Source: an uncultured bacterium (lineage in GTDB: Bacteria; Fidelibacterota; Marinisomatia; Marinisomatales; TCS55). Taken from it: a stretch of DNA of 64,000 bases. Below the pieces are notes generated by a model that saw only the letters and a list, made by a program, of their open reading frames with translations, was not told where the DNA came from and ran no database searches. Below are positions 11,421-22,325 of the stretch, in pieces. The stretch is from positions 13,396 through 77,395 of the forward strand of contig CAYRYZ010000001.1 of NCBI GenBank assembly GCA_964428745.1. The letters are read 5' to 3'. The position numbers were made by a program, and so were the translations under genes. Numbering within the stretch: the first letter of the stretch is position 1; every line of letters starts with the position of its first letter.

Positions 11421-12401
11421 CTAAGGTCTTTTAATAAATGCTAGCATGGTTCTAGGATGTTCATCTACAATCATTAAAAATCCTTTTTTATCCATTCGAA
11501 CCAGACCTTCCCAATTCCTTGAATTTTTATCTAGGACTAACTGAATTGGCAACGTGTCTGTTTTATAAATTTTGTTGCCATCTATTTTAAACTCAACTAA
11601 TCTCTCAACATGGTCAAATTTTTCATGAGTTTTCCCCTTCAGGATATTAGTTAATACTAAATCTTTGCCAGGCTTTAGGCGTTTTTTTTCTCCAGGCCAA
11701 AAAAAGTTTATTGCCCAGAATTTGTCTTGATTATCCAATTCAGTAATATCTGTAATTCTATATTCAATATTAGGGAAAGAGGATGAGCTTTTTTGTTTTA
11801 ATGATGAATTATAAAATGATGCTTTTGGTTCTGCATTAACATTAAGCCCATTGGCTTCGAATAATACCATTATACGATACTTATATTTCAAAATACTTTC
11901 ATAACCCATGTTTTTAATATTGACAGGCAGCGGCATTTCTACTATTTTTTCTGAGTCAATTCTTAATGTTTCATTTCTCATATCAATTGAGCCTCTAGCA
12001 ATGAAACTCTTCATTTTGTCATCAATTTTAGATTCTATAATTAAATATGCTTTGTTTCCAATAAAACAAATTGCTTCAAAGCCTTGATATCCTTTGATGG
12101 AATTAAAATAATCAGGCATAATGATATCTATTTTATCTGGATTGAGAGGGGTTTTTCGATCGCTATTCAACCAATCATTTATTACTGATTTTTTTAAGTA
12201 ATAAAAACGTGGTTTTGATTCATTGACATATTGAGGCATAAGAATCAGGTTTTGGTTATACCATGCTAAGCCAGACATCTCTAGGCTACGATCTGATGCC
12301 TCACCCGTTAATAAAATCTCTATTGGGAGAACTTCATTGGCAGATATTATCTGATAACAAAATAAAGTCAAGATAAAATATTTAATTAATCTTTTTCTCA
12401 C
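11421..12401 (-). CDS. Secreted protein, phytase-like esterase family (tentative)
   Basis: Signal peptide. SGLAW, GFEAICF and NWEGLVRMDKKGFLMIVDE motifs resemble the esterase-like-activity-of-phytase propeller family. The start overlaps the stop of the acylase gene. Confidence 0.35.
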   Translation of the reverse strand: MRKRLIKYFILTLFCYQIISANEVLPIEILLTGEASDRSLEMSGLAWYNQNLILMPQYVNESKPRFYYLKKSVINDWLNSDRKTPLNPDKIDIIMPDYFNSIKGYQGFEAICFIGNKAYLIIESKIDDKMKSFIARGSIDMRNETLRIDSEKIVEMPLPVNIKNMGYESILKYKYRIMVLFEANGLNVNAEPKASFYNSSLKQKSSSSFPNIEYRITDITELDNQDKFWAINFFWPGEKKRLKPGKDLVLTNILKGKTHEKFDHVERLVEFKIDGNKIYKTDTLPIQLVLDKNSRNWEGLVRMDKKGFLMIVDEHPRTMLAFIKRP

Positions 12402-14527
12402 TTATTGTCGCCTGGTTTGTACGCTTTCTCTAGGTTTAATTTAATATCTTCTAGATCCATGAATACTGGTTTCATTTTATGAGATGCAAAAAGCTTAGCT
12501 TGATCATCATAATGTATTGAACTACTATCTAATGTAGATGACCCAAATTGATGGATACTGTTTGCAGAAACATTTCCTTCTTTATCCCATTCAACAATTT
12601 GAAAATAACAATCTCCTGCACTTGCAATTCTGATATCATCGTGTTTTTTTGAGTATATCGCTCTTACAATATCGGGACCTCCACTAAGAGGTAAATCTGT
12701 TTTACCTCTTTTTAAACGTAAAATATCACCCCATTTCACATCTAAAGTACCATAATATTTTATTGACCATTTGACTGCTGATTCTAATCGGCTCATTATT
12801 TCTGAATAATTGTAATTGTATTTATTTGGATCAAAATGTGGTCTAATTGCATCATATGCCAAATGCATCGCTGTGTTTGTACTGTCTGTATCTAGATCCC
12901 AATTTTTTAGTATTGATAGAGCTTCAATAATATCTGGATCATTACTAACTGCCTCATTTAAAAATTTGATTAAATTAACAGCCATTACAGATTTCTTAGA
13001 ATACTTTGTATCAAATTTATATTGATAAAACTCATCTCTTGTAATTGATTTATCAGCACCATATGTCTCATGCATTCTTAATGCTCGATTTGTTTGGAAA
13101 AGTTCTATGCCAAGATTTTTTGGAAAGAATGATTTATCAGGATTATCATATCCAGTAGTTGAAAGAAATGGTGTACTATTGCAATTTTGCAGAAATCCTG
13201 ATTTTGGATTTAATACTTTCGGTAAATCGTCATATGAAAAGTATCCTCTCCATAAGGCACGTCCTGTGCTTCCTGGTATAATTCCACTCCAATTATATGC
13301 ATCTGTTCCTCTAATTGGTAGAAGTGCATTATAAACATAAAATAGGTTCCCATTTTTATCAGCATAAAGTGTATTAAACATGGGAAGAGCTAACATGCTC
13401 ATTGCTTCATTGAACTCTTTTAAATTTCTTGATTTATTCATCTTGAACCATTGTTCTACGTGTCGAACCTCACCATATCCGGCATACCTTACGGCAAAGT
13501 ATCCATGATCATTTTTAACTACAGGGCCATGCACTGACCAAAGAATTTCTTTACTAAACTTCCAACTAAATGGACCCCATAATTTTACTGGGATAATAGC
13601 TTTCTTTTCTTTGAGAATTTCCCAACGGCCTTGAAAAAGATATTTATTTTTTTCATCAGGATGCATTTGTAATTCATAAACATCTATCAAATCAGGACGA
13701 TTTACAGTATGGCTCCAACCAAGATTTCGATTGTGTCCTAAAAACACTACAGGCGATCCTGGAAATAAACCACCTACAATATCTAATCCTTCCTCGCTTT
13801 TTAAATGAGCTTCGTACCAAGCTACAGGACCTGTCCATGGTTGATGAGAATTAATTGCTATCCTAGTATGTCCATCTGCTGATCGAGCGGGACTAACAGC
13901 CACTACATTTGAGCCAAGTAACTTTTGCTCAAATTGATTTTTTTCTTGAGAATCTAAGTTTGCTGCAAGATATGGTTTTTTATTTGATGCTAAATCTGTT
14001 AGGATATTATCTAATCCAAACATTAGAGGCATACGGTGAACAAAACCAGCAATAATATCTTTGCCAGAAACTGGAAATAATCCTCGAATAACCTGATCGG
14101 GATTATTATAAGCATAGTGATTTAATCCATCAGCGTATCCATCGCATATATCACGTACTTCTTTTGATACCTGATTGATATTATCATCTACAACTTTTTC
14201 AATTTTTAGCAATTGTACCATGTAGTCGTTACCTGCTCCAACTTTACCATGCTCTTGAGCTAATCGACCTTTTGATGCTAATATAATATTTTGAATAGTC
14301 TTAAAATCATCTTCTGCATGAGCAAATGCTAAACCATATGCTGTATCTTTATCTTTTATCCCAAAAATATGAGGTACACCCCAATTATCACGATATATAG
14401 TAACCGAATAATCTCTAAATAATTCCTCATTTATTGGGGCATGATAAATGGGTTTAATTAGAGTATATACAATAAATAAAATTGCTGTAATAATAGCAAA
14501 TGAAGCATAATATCTATTTTTTAACAT
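12398..14527 (-). CDS. Penicillin acylase family (Ntn hydrolase, S45) protein; possible acyl-homoserine-lactone or other amide acylase
   Basis: 709 aa with an N-terminal TM/signal. WGVPHIFG, AFAHAEDD and the LGSNVVAV processing-site Ser-Asn are typical of penicillin/AHL acylases. Confidence 0.8.
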   Translation of the reverse strand: MLKNRYYASFAIITAILFIVYTLIKPIYHAPINEELFRDYSVTIYRDNWGVPHIFGIKDKDTAYGLAFAHAEDDFKTIQNIILASKGRLAQEHGKVGAGNDYMVQLLKIEKVVDDNINQVSKEVRDICDGYADGLNHYAYNNPDQVIRGLFPVSGKDIIAGFVHRMPLMFGLDNILTDLASNKKPYLAANLDSQEKNQFEQKLLGSNVVAVSPARSADGHTRIAINSHQPWTGPVAWYEAHLKSEEGLDIVGGLFPGSPVVFLGHNRNLGWSHTVNRPDLIDVYELQMHPDEKNKYLFQGRWEILKEKKAIIPVKLWGPFSWKFSKEILWSVHGPVVKNDHGYFAVRYAGYGEVRHVEQWFKMNKSRNLKEFNEAMSMLALPMFNTLYADKNGNLFYVYNALLPIRGTDAYNWSGIIPGSTGRALWRGYFSYDDLPKVLNPKSGFLQNCNSTPFLSTTGYDNPDKSFFPKNLGIELFQTNRALRMHETYGADKSITRDEFYQYKFDTKYSKKSVMAVNLIKFLNEAVSNDPDIIEALSILKNWDLDTDSTNTAMHLAYDAIRPHFDPNKYNYNYSEIMSRLESAVKWSIKYYGTLDVKWGDILRLKRGKTDLPLSGGPDIVRAIYSKKHDDIRIASAGDCYFQIVEWDKEGNVSANSIHQFGSSTLDSSSIHYDDQAKLFASHKMKPVFMDLEDIKLNLEKAYKPGDNK

Positions 14528-14569
14528 ATGTGACTAATTTGGTTAATTATAAATTGATATGTAAGTTTA

Positions 14570-15097
14570 ATGAATATGAATTTATTATTGAAGAATAACT
14601 CTAGCCCGATAATTATTATATTTTTTTTATCAATGATATTTGTATCCTGTGCAATCCAAAGAATAGAGATTCCAAAACCAGACTTAACTATGGCAAATAA
14701 AATACAATTTGATGCGGAATCTAAAGAAATATGGGTATATGATTTTCAAGGTCATGGACACTATTTCAATCGTGCTACAAAAAACGTTATTAATACTTTC
14801 AATAACAAAACAGAAAATATTAATAATCAAACAATTCGACTCTACTGTGACTATCATACCTATAATGAAATGGTATTTATTGAAGAAAAAAGTGTTTCTG
14901 TTTTTAAAGCCAGTACAAAATTTATATCAAATCAAAAAGGCGATAATATAAACTCTAATCAAAGCGGGATAACAAATCCAAAAAATGGCGATAACTTTTT
15001 CCCAAGTTCTTCGCAAGGAGGATCAATAAAATCTGGCGGAAGTTCTGGAGGGTCAGGAAATAGTCAAACAACAATCCCTGTTGATAAAAAAAACTGA
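14570..15097 (+). CDS. Hypothetical lipoprotein with Gly/Ser-rich C-terminus
   Basis: Lipobox MIFVSCA. C-terminal SSSQGGSIKSGGSSGGSGNSQ low-complexity tail. Confidence 0.45.
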   Translation: MNMNLLLKNNSSPIIIIFFLSMIFVSCAIQRIEIPKPDLTMANKIQFDAESKEIWVYDFQGHGHYFNRATKNVINTFNNKTENINNQTIRLYCDYHTYNEMVFIEEKSVSVFKASTKFISNQKGDNINSNQSGITNPKNGDNFFPSSSQGGSIKSGGSSGGSGNSQTTIPVDKKN

Positions 15098-15098
15098 A

Positions 15099-15713
15099 CT
15101 ACCATTCAAATTCACCATCGTTAATTTTCCATAAATACAACGATGCGACTGTACGGTAGGGTTTCCAAAGTTCTGATTCATCTATCATATATTTGATCGG
15201 AGGTAGAGTGTCCATATTTTTAATAGATGCAAATCCCTTTTGAATTGCTAAATCACCTGAGGGGAATACATCCGGTCTAGCTAGTGAAAATATTAGAAAC
15301 ATATCTATAGTCCATTGACCTATTCCTTTAACCTCTAAAAGAATATTACTTATTTCTCCATTACTCATTTTTTCAATATTGGAAAACTGTATTTTAATTT
15401 GTTCCCATTTTATTGATAGATCCTTTAGGTAAATAATTTTTTGTTTAGACAAACCAACTTTTTGTAATACTTCTGCTGGCAATACCAATATATTTTCCGG
15501 ATAAGGGAAGTCATTATTCCCAAATAAATTTTTGAATCGCTCATAAATTGCATTGGCAGCCTTGCCGCTTAATTGTTGATATATAATTGATCGAGCAAGT
15601 GATTCAAAATGATTTTTGATAGGTTCAAAGTTTGGTGAATCATATTTACTGATTAGCTTTGCCATAGTTGGATCCACTTTTCGTAAATGCGTTTTTGCTT
15701 TATCAATATTCAT
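15099..15713 (-). CDS. DNA-3-methyladenine glycosylase II family (HhH-GPD, AlkA-like)
   Basis: HhH-GPD signature LLEVKGIGQWTIDMFLIFSLARPDVFPSGDLAI. ~200 aa, typical of the short AlkA/Mag family. Confidence 0.8.
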   Translation of the reverse strand: MNIDKAKTHLRKVDPTMAKLISKYDSPNFEPIKNHFESLARSIIYQQLSGKAANAIYERFKNLFGNNDFPYPENILVLPAEVLQKVGLSKQKIIYLKDLSIKWEQIKIQFSNIEKMSNGEISNILLEVKGIGQWTIDMFLIFSLARPDVFPSGDLAIQKGFASIKNMDTLPPIKYMIDESELWKPYRTVASLYLWKINDGEFEW

Positions 15714-15778
15714 AATATGTAATAATCAAAGAAAGAAATTTGGGATTAATGCTGATAGTTTATCAGCAAAATACTTTA

Positions 15779-16390
15779 CTATAGTTCCGCCATAATAGTA
15801 GCACGTTCAGCTTCAATACGATCTTTATTCTCACCTTTTTCATCCAAAATATCAAGTACGTCTAGAGCTCTATTATATAGACCTTGCTCTTTTAATACAT
15901 GGACTAATGTAAATGTGGCAAGTCGAGGGCTTACTGCTACTTCTTGTAATATTACATCAGTAGGTATAGGTTTTTTCGCTTTTGATTTCTTTGACTTTTT
16001 AGGAGATAAAAAATCATTTGCAAATTGATTATTTGGGTCTATGTCTTGTGCACGTTTCCAACTTGATGATAGAGTGTTTTTAGATCTACCTAGCTGTTCT
16101 TGAAGCATTGGAAGAGCTGCTACAGCTGTTTCATGATTAGGATATTTTTCTAATACTTTTTTCATCAACTTTTCTGCTACAACTAAATTGCCTAACCCCA
16201 TTTCAGCTTGAGATAAAATAAAAGTTCCTTCTATCGAATCTGGATGATGTTTTAATCCAATTTCACAAACTCGTTTTGCACGATCATACTGTCCTTGTCG
16301 TTGATATGTTTCTGCAAGGACTGGGAATAATACCGTATCAAAGTGATCAGCAAAATATAATTCTAATTCTGTAATATTATTTAATTCCAT
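15779..16390 (-). CDS. TPR repeat protein
   Basis: TPR-like helices (YQRQGQYDRAKRVCEIGLKHHPD, LGNLVVAEKLMKKVLEKYPN). Directly abuts the upstream B12-binding gene. Confidence 0.55.
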   Translation of the reverse strand: MELNNITELELYFADHFDTVLFPVLAETYQRQGQYDRAKRVCEIGLKHHPDSIEGTFILSQAEMGLGNLVVAEKLMKKVLEKYPNHETAVAALPMLQEQLGRSKNTLSSSWKRAQDIDPNNQFANDFLSPKKSKKSKAKKPIPTDVILQEVAVSPRLATFTLVHVLKEQGLYNRALDVLDILDEKGENKDRIEAERATIMAEL

Positions 16391-16795
16391 CTAACGACGA
16401 TTTTCTTTAACCCAATTAGTTATATAATCTACTGTTTCCTGAACAGGAGTGCCAGGGCCAAATAATTTTCCAACCCCCATATCTTCTAATAACAGGACGT
16501 CTTTCTTTGGAATAATACCTCCCCCAACAAGCAATACATCATCAATATTTTTTTCTTTCATCAATTTTAGAATATTTGGGAAAATAGTCATATGGGCATT
16601 GTTTAAACTTGAAAGAGCTATAACATCTACATCTTCTTGTAATGCAGATGATACTATCTTTTCAGGTGTTTGACGCAAACCTAAATAAATCACTTCCATT
16701 CCTGCATCACGATAAGCTGCAGCAAGAACTTTTATTCCTCTATCATGACCATCTAGGCCTGGTTTAGCCATTAAAATTCGTATTTTGCGTTCCAT
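16391..16795 (-). CDS. Cobalamin (B12)-binding domain protein, methylmalonyl-CoA mutase small-subunit type
   Basis: DxHxxG motif in [30 protein letters not shown]. 134 aa, typical of a stand-alone MCM C-terminal domain. Confidence 0.85.
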   Translation of the reverse strand: MERKIRILMAKPGLDGHDRGIKVLAAAYRDAGMEVIYLGLRQTPEKIVSSALQEDVDVIALSSLNNAHMTIFPNILKLMKEKNIDDVLLVGGGIIPKKDVLLLEDMGVGKLFGPGTPVQETVDYITNWVKENRR

Positions 16796-16872
16796 TTACA
16801 AGGAAATTACAATTAATTATTTATTGAATCGAGAATTGATATTTTGTAATAAATCTATAAAAGAATAATAGG

Positions 16873-19800
16873 TTAATCTGAAACCCAAACATTTTCCTTA
16901 CCATAATTACCCCTAAGTTTCTTAAGGAATGATTGATGAGAAGAAACTTTTATATTATGAGAAAAAATACGTTGTTGTTTTCCTCTATCGTTCGGGACAT
17001 GAAACATAAGTCCACATTTTCCTTTGTGTCCTTTTGCCAAATCAAACAATGCATCTACATCTACATTTGACATTTGATTTGGATCAATTCTAATATTAAT
17101 ATTTTTTGAATAAAAATCTCTTGCTTTATCAACTGTAATAATTTCATCGGCGATGATTTTTAAATCAGAAAAATCCGTATCATCTGTGGGTTTACCCTTA
17201 ACAAAAACAACCATATCATTTTTAATTAATTGTTTGTATTTGGAGAATGTATCGCTAAATGCTAAAATTTCAGCTTGACCACCAAGACAATCTAATTTAA
17301 AGAAAGCCATTTGATTGTTTTTGCGATCGAAATGCATTTTAACTTCACAAATTGCTCCACCTATGCGAACTTTATCATCATTATTCATAATCACCTTATC
17401 CGTAAAATCAAAATTTGAAAATTCTTCCAATTCATCAGCATATTTGAGCAATGGGTGACCGGAGAGATAAAGACCTAGAACTTCCTTTTCATTTTCTAAT
17501 AATTGGCTCTCTTCCCATTCATCATTTGATACTAATTGGGGAACCAAAGTCATATCTTGTCCATTTGAACTTTTTGCGCCAAAAAGATCCACCTGGTTCC
17601 TAGCATTATTTTCTTGAACAGTCTGCCCGTACTTTAGTACAGTATCAATTGAATTATGTTTTTGTGCACGATTACCTTCTAAGCTATCTAGTGCACCTGC
17701 CATATTTAAACTTTCCAATACTTTTCTATTTAAAGCTTTTAAACTTACTTTTGAAGTAAAATCAAATAATGTCTCAAATTTCCCTGAATCATTTCTGGTT
17801 TCTATAATTTCTTGAAGTGCTTTGGTACCCACATTCTTTATCGCATTAAGGCCAAATGAAATCGTGCTATTATTGACAGGATGAAAATTAATATCTGATA
17901 CATTAATATCAGGCGGGTCAACTTCAATTTTCATCTTACGACATTCATTAATAAGAATAACAATACGATCAATATTTGACATTTCACTTGTTAGATTAGC
18001 GCTCATAAATTCTGCTGGATAATGTGTTTTTAACCAAGCTGTTTGATATGCAACGTAGGCATAGGCGGTTGAATGACTTTTATTAAATCCATATTCCGCA
18101 AATCTTTCAATTAATTCATAGATGCTATTTGCTTTTGTTTTAGATATATTATTTTTTTTCTGTGCACCATCAATAAATTTAATTTTTAACTCATCCATAA
18201 GTTTTTTTATTTTTTTACCCATCGCTCTTCTCATAATATCTGCTTCAGCAAGTGAAAAATCTGCAACCTCATGAGCAATTTGCATAACTTGTTCCTGGTA
18301 TACAATAATTCCGTAGGTTTCTTCGAGAATGGGTTTCATACTTGGGTGAGTATACTTGATCTTTGTTTTACCTGCCTTTCGTGATATAAAATCACCAATA
18401 TTTTTCATCGGACCCGGTCTATATAATGCATTCATTGCAATTAAATCTTCAATCACGGTTGGTTTTAGTTTTTTCAAAAACTCACGCATGCCTGAAGATT
18501 CGAATTGAAAAACACCTGTAGTTAAACCTTTAGCAAAAAGTTTATAAACATTTGGATCATCTAATGGAATATTATCAATATCTAAATCTTCACCTAAAGC
18601 TCTCACAAGTTTTATTGTGTTATCAATAACTGTTAGGTTTCTAAGTCCTAAAAAATCCAATTTTAGTAGGCCTAATTCCTCTAACCCCTTCATATCATAT
18701 TGTGATGTTACATCGCCTTGGGGTGATCGATAAAGTGGCACATAATCTGTTAAATTGCCAGGCGCAATAACAACTCCTGCGGCGTGGGTTGAGGCATGAC
18801 GGTTCATTCCTTCTAGGGTTTTTGACAGCTCTATTACTTCTTTGTATTCACCTGATGCTGCTTCACTTAATTCCAAACTCTGCTCTAATGCCTCATCAAG
18901 GGAAATATTTATAGTTGTAGGAATCATTTTTGCTATACGATCGATTTCACCATATGAATATCCTAGAACACGCCCTACATCACGTACTGCTTGACGAGCC
19001 TTCATTTTTCCAAATGTTATTATTTGAGTAACAGAATTTTCTCCATATTGATTCTTAATATAATCGATGACCTCACCTCTACGTTCAATGCAAAAATCAA
19101 TATCAATATCTGGCATACTAATTCTATCCGGATTTAAAAAACGTTCAAATAGTAGCTGATGTTTGATTGGATCTATTGTTGTAACACCCAATGAATATGA
19201 AACTAAGCTTCCTGCAGCAGAACCTCGTCCAGGGCCAACCGGTATATTATTATCTTTAGCATACTTCACAAAGTCAGCAGTAATCAAAAAATAACCAGCG
19301 AAACCCATTTTTTTTATAACATTTAATTCATGATCTAATCGCTTAGATAATTCATCAGTGTAATCTTCATACTTTTCTGTAATACCTTGTTTACATAAAG
19401 CTTTTAAATATTCATCAGGGGTTTTGTGTGGTGACTCCTTTGGGATAGGAAAATTGGGCAGATGATAATCACCCATTGGAATCTCAATCTCAATACTATC
19501 TGCAATCTTACGAGTATTTTCAATAGCACTTGGTATATCTTTAAATAATTCAAACATTTGATCCTGAGTTTTAAAATAAAACTCAGGTGTTGCATAGCGT
19601 AAACGATTTGGATCATCACGGTCTTTACCTGTACCTAAACAAATATGAACATCATGTGCCTCCCAGTGTTCATGCTTAGCATAATGAGCATCATTAGTAC
19701 ATACCATAGGGAGATCTAACTCTGTAGAAAGTTTTTTAATATTTTCTACGGTTTTTTCTTCATCTGGTATACCATGATTTTGAATTTCTAAATAAAAACG

Positions 19801-20313
19801 ATCAGGGAAAATTTCTGAAAATCTTAATGCAGCTTCTTTAGCACCTTTCCAATCATCTCTTAACATTTTTTCAGGAATTTCACCTTTTAAACAACCTGAT
19901 AAACAGATAATCCCATCACTATGCTCTCTTAATAAATCTATATCAATTCTGGGGCGATAATAGAATCCTTCTAAATATCCATGTGTTACAAGTTTCATCA
20001 AGTTCTTATATCCATCATAATTTTTTGCCAAAAGAACGAGATGATTATTTCCCCAACCTCCATCAGATCTTGGTTTTTTATCAAAACGACTTCCTGTCGC
20101 TACATAAGTTTCACATCCTATAATTGGTTTTATACCAGCTGATTTAGCTGATTTATAATATGGTATTACACTAAACATATTACCATGTTCTGTTAGTGCG
20201 ACTGAATCCATACCAAGATCATCTATAGTATTAACTAATGTCTGAACAGTTTGAGCTCCATCTAATAAACTGTAATCAGAATGATTATGTAAATGTACAA
20301 ATTCTGAATTCAT
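16873..20313 (-). CDS. dnaE: DNA polymerase III alpha subunit
   Basis: PHP domain start FVHLHNHSDYSLLDGA; palm/fingers motifs GPGRGSAAGSLVSYSLGVT and PDIDIDF; 1146 aa. Confidence 0.97.
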   Translation of the reverse strand: MNSEFVHLHNHSDYSLLDGAQTVQTLVNTIDDLGMDSVALTEHGNMFSVIPYYKSAKSAGIKPIIGCETYVATGSRFDKKPRSDGGWGNNHLVLLAKNYDGYKNLMKLVTHGYLEGFYYRPRIDIDLLREHSDGIICLSGCLKGEIPEKMLRDDWKGAKEAALRFSEIFPDRFYLEIQNHGIPDEEKTVENIKKLSTELDLPMVCTNDAHYAKHEHWEAHDVHICLGTGKDRDDPNRLRYATPEFYFKTQDQMFELFKDIPSAIENTRKIADSIEIEIPMGDYHLPNFPIPKESPHKTPDEYLKALCKQGITEKYEDYTDELSKRLDHELNVIKKMGFAGYFLITADFVKYAKDNNIPVGPGRGSAAGSLVSYSLGVTTIDPIKHQLLFERFLNPDRISMPDIDIDFCIERRGEVIDYIKNQYGENSVTQIITFGKMKARQAVRDVGRVLGYSYGEIDRIAKMIPTTINISLDEALEQSLELSEAASGEYKEVIELSKTLEGMNRHASTHAAGVVIAPGNLTDYVPLYRSPQGDVTSQYDMKGLEELGLLKLDFLGLRNLTVIDNTIKLVRALGEDLDIDNIPLDDPNVYKLFAKGLTTGVFQFESSGMREFLKKLKPTVIEDLIAMNALYRPGPMKNIGDFISRKAGKTKIKYTHPSMKPILEETYGIIVYQEQVMQIAHEVADFSLAEADIMRRAMGKKIKKLMDELKIKFIDGAQKKNNISKTKANSIYELIERFAEYGFNKSHSTAYAYVAYQTAWLKTHYPAEFMSANLTSEMSNIDRIVILINECRKMKIEVDPPDINVSDINFHPVNNSTISFGLNAIKNVGTKALQEIIETRNDSGKFETLFDFTSKVSLKALNRKVLESLNMAGALDSLEGNRAQKHNSIDTVLKYGQTVQENNARNQVDLFGAKSSNGQDMTLVPQLVSNDEWEESQLLENEKEVLGLYLSGHPLLKYADELEEFSNFDFTDKVIMNNDDKVRIGGAICEVKMHFDRKNNQMAFFKLDCLGGQAEILAFSDTFSKYKQLIKNDMVVFVKGKPTDDTDFSDLKIIADEIITVDKARDFYSKNINIRIDPNQMSNVDVDALFDLAKGHKGKCGLMFHVPNDRGKQQRIFSHNIKVSSHQSFLKKLRGNYGKENVWVSD

Positions 20314-20380
20314 TATTATAAAATATCCATGTTAATAAATTTCCTTAACATATAATTCTTTGCTCGGTTTCTTACTTGTA

Positions 20381-21256
20381 TTATATCTCAATTTTTAATA
20401 CCCTCAAATCACCATTATAATCTGTTATCAAATCTATTTTATTGAAATCTGATGAATTGAAAATATTGAAAGCTTTTATTGGATGTGAGCCCAGTCCGAC
20501 TTCCAAAAGCATTTTACCATTTTTTTTACTCAATTTTTTCGCAATATCACAAAATCTTCTATAAAACTCTAGGCCATCTTTATAATCAGTAAGGGCTATG
20601 TGAGGCTCATAATGGCTAACATCTGACATAATAGTATTCATTTCATATTTTGAAATGTATGGCGGATTTGAAATAATTAAATCATACTCCCCCTTCGGTA
20701 TTTCTTTCATAAAATCTAATTTTGAAAATGTAACATTTGATATTTTATTCATTCTAACATTGTTTTTTGCTATTTCCAATGCGCTAGGTGATATATCTAT
20801 TGACACAATCTTGGCATCTTTTCTTGCGGATCCAATTGCAATTGCGATACAGCCAGAACCTGTTCCAACTTCGAGTACTTTGGGTCTTGATAAAGTTTTA
20901 AGGGAATCAATTGCTACCTCTACCAATTTTTCTGTTTCCACCCTAGGGATTAAAACTTTAGGAGAAACCGATATTTCATTTCCATAGAATTCTGTTCTAC
21001 CGGTTATATATTGTACAGGTTTATTTTTTAATCTTTGATTAACCCATTCTTTAAAACAGGATACTTTACTATGAGTAATTTTTTGTTCAGATTTTAAATA
21101 TAGATCAGAACGCTTAGAATGCATTAAATCACATAAGAGCCATTCTATTTCATCTCTAGCTTCCTTGAATCCATTTGATAATAAGTAATTCTCTCCCCAA
21201 TGCATTATATCAAGAACTTTCCATTCCTGATTAATATTGTCTTTCAAGCTGATCAA
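20381..21256 (-). CDS. prmC: Peptide chain release factor N5-glutamine methyltransferase
   Basis: SAM motif VLEVGTGSGCIAI and catalytic NPPY (LIISNPPYI). Immediately downstream of prfA. TTG start. Confidence 0.9.
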   Translation of the reverse strand: MISLKDNINQEWKVLDIMHWGENYLLSNGFKEARDEIEWLLCDLMHSKRSDLYLKSEQKITHSKVSCFKEWVNQRLKNKPVQYITGRTEFYGNEISVSPKVLIPRVETEKLVEVAIDSLKTLSRPKVLEVGTGSGCIAIAIGSARKDAKIVSIDISPSALEIAKNNVRMNKISNVTFSKLDFMKEIPKGEYDLIISNPPYISKYEMNTIMSDVSHYEPHIALTDYKDGLEFYRRFCDIAKKLSKKNGKMLLEVGLGSHPIKAFNIFNSSDFNKIDLITDYNGDLRVLKIEI

Positions 21257-21257
21257 G

Positions 21258-22325
21258 TTATTCTACAAATGATGCTAGCTGATCTTGTTGATCAGCTAAT
21301 TTAAGATTTTCAATAATAGAATTAATTTGCCCATCCATAACACCTTCAAGATTATAAGCAGTAAAATTAATTCTGTGATCAGTTATACGACCCTGGGGGA
21401 AATTATAAGTTCGTATTTTAGCTGATCTATCTCCTGTTGAAACCATATTTTTGCGAGCTTTTGCTCTTTCCCTCGCAATCTTCTCTTGCTGTGCTGCTAA
21501 CAACCTTGATCGAAGAACTTTTAATGCTGCTGCTTTGTTCTTATGCTGAGATGTTTCATCTTGACAGGTAACAACCACACCTGTTGGGATATGGGTAATA
21601 CGTATAGCTGATTCTGTTTTATTTACGTGCTGACCTCCAGCGCCACTTGCACGATACGTATCAATTTTTAAATCAGAATCTAATATTTCAATATCAGCTT
21701 CTTCGGCTTCAGGTAATATTGCAACAGTGGCAGCAGATGTATGCACTCTTCCACTAGTTTCTGTTTTTGGGACCCTTTGAACTCTATGAACACCACTCTC
21801 GAATTTCATAAAACCATATACTCCATCACCTTCAACTGAAAAAATTATTTCTTTAAAGCCACCAATACCTATTGCATTTGATTCCATTACACTATATTTC
21901 CAACTATTTCGTTCAGCAAACCTTGTATACATTCTATATAAATCAGCTGCAAATAAAGCTGCTTCATCTCCACCAGTTCCGGCGCGTATTTCTATTATTG
22001 TATTCTTATCATCAGTTGGATCATGGGGTAACAATAAAACCTTTAATTCTTTTTCTAATTTTTCTAATGATATTTGCAAATCATCAATTTCAGCTTTTGC
22101 AATTTCTTTGAGATCTTTATCATCACTATTTAAAATATTTATATCATCATCGATCTGATTTGTAATCTTTATGAATTGATTTGATTTTTCGACAACTGGA
22201 CTCAAACGTCGGTGTTCTCTTGCTGATTCAGTATAAAGTTTTTGATCATTAACAAGGTTAGGATCAGCCATTTTTAATTCCAAAGATTCGAAGTGAGCAA
22301 TAATTCCCTTTAGTTTATCAATCAT
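21258..22325 (-). CDS. prfA: Peptide chain release factor 1
   Basis: GGQ motif (SGAGGQHVNKTESA) and the RF1-type PxT tripeptide (PKT in RVPKTETSGRVHTS). Uninterrupted ORF. Confidence 0.95.
   Translation of the reverse strand: MIDKLKGIIAHFESLELKMADPNLVNDQKLYTESAREHRRLSPVVEKSNQFIKITNQIDDDINILNSDDKDLKEIAKAEIDDLQISLEKLEKELKVLLLPHDPTDDKNTIIEIRAGTGGDEAALFAADLYRMYTRFAERNSWKYSVMESNAIGIGGFKEIIFSVEGDGVYGFMKFESGVHRVQRVPKTETSGRVHTSAATVAILPEAEEADIEILDSDLKIDTYRASGAGGQHVNKTESAIRITHIPTGVVVTCQDETSQHKNKAAALKVLRSRLLAAQQEKIARERAKARKNMVSTGDRSAKIRTYNFPQGRITDHRINFTAYNLEGVMDGQINSIIENLKLADQQDQLASFVE

Noticed and set aside
14709-14951. 80-aa ORF nested in another frame of the 14570-15097 lipoprotein gene
   Set aside because: It is a same-strand alternative frame in AT-rich sequence. 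Its Lys/Ile-rich translation is typical of frame noise.
16391-16795. Stand-alone B12-binding domain without a mutase catalytic subunit nearby
   Set aside because: Split methylmalonyl-CoA-mutase-type subunits encoded apart from the catalytic subunit are common. The partner is probably elsewhere in the genome.
21258-22325. Checked the release-factor gene for a prfB-type programmed +1 frameshift
   Set aside because: The gene is RF1 (PKT tripeptide) with an uninterrupted ORF, so no frameshift site is expected or seen.
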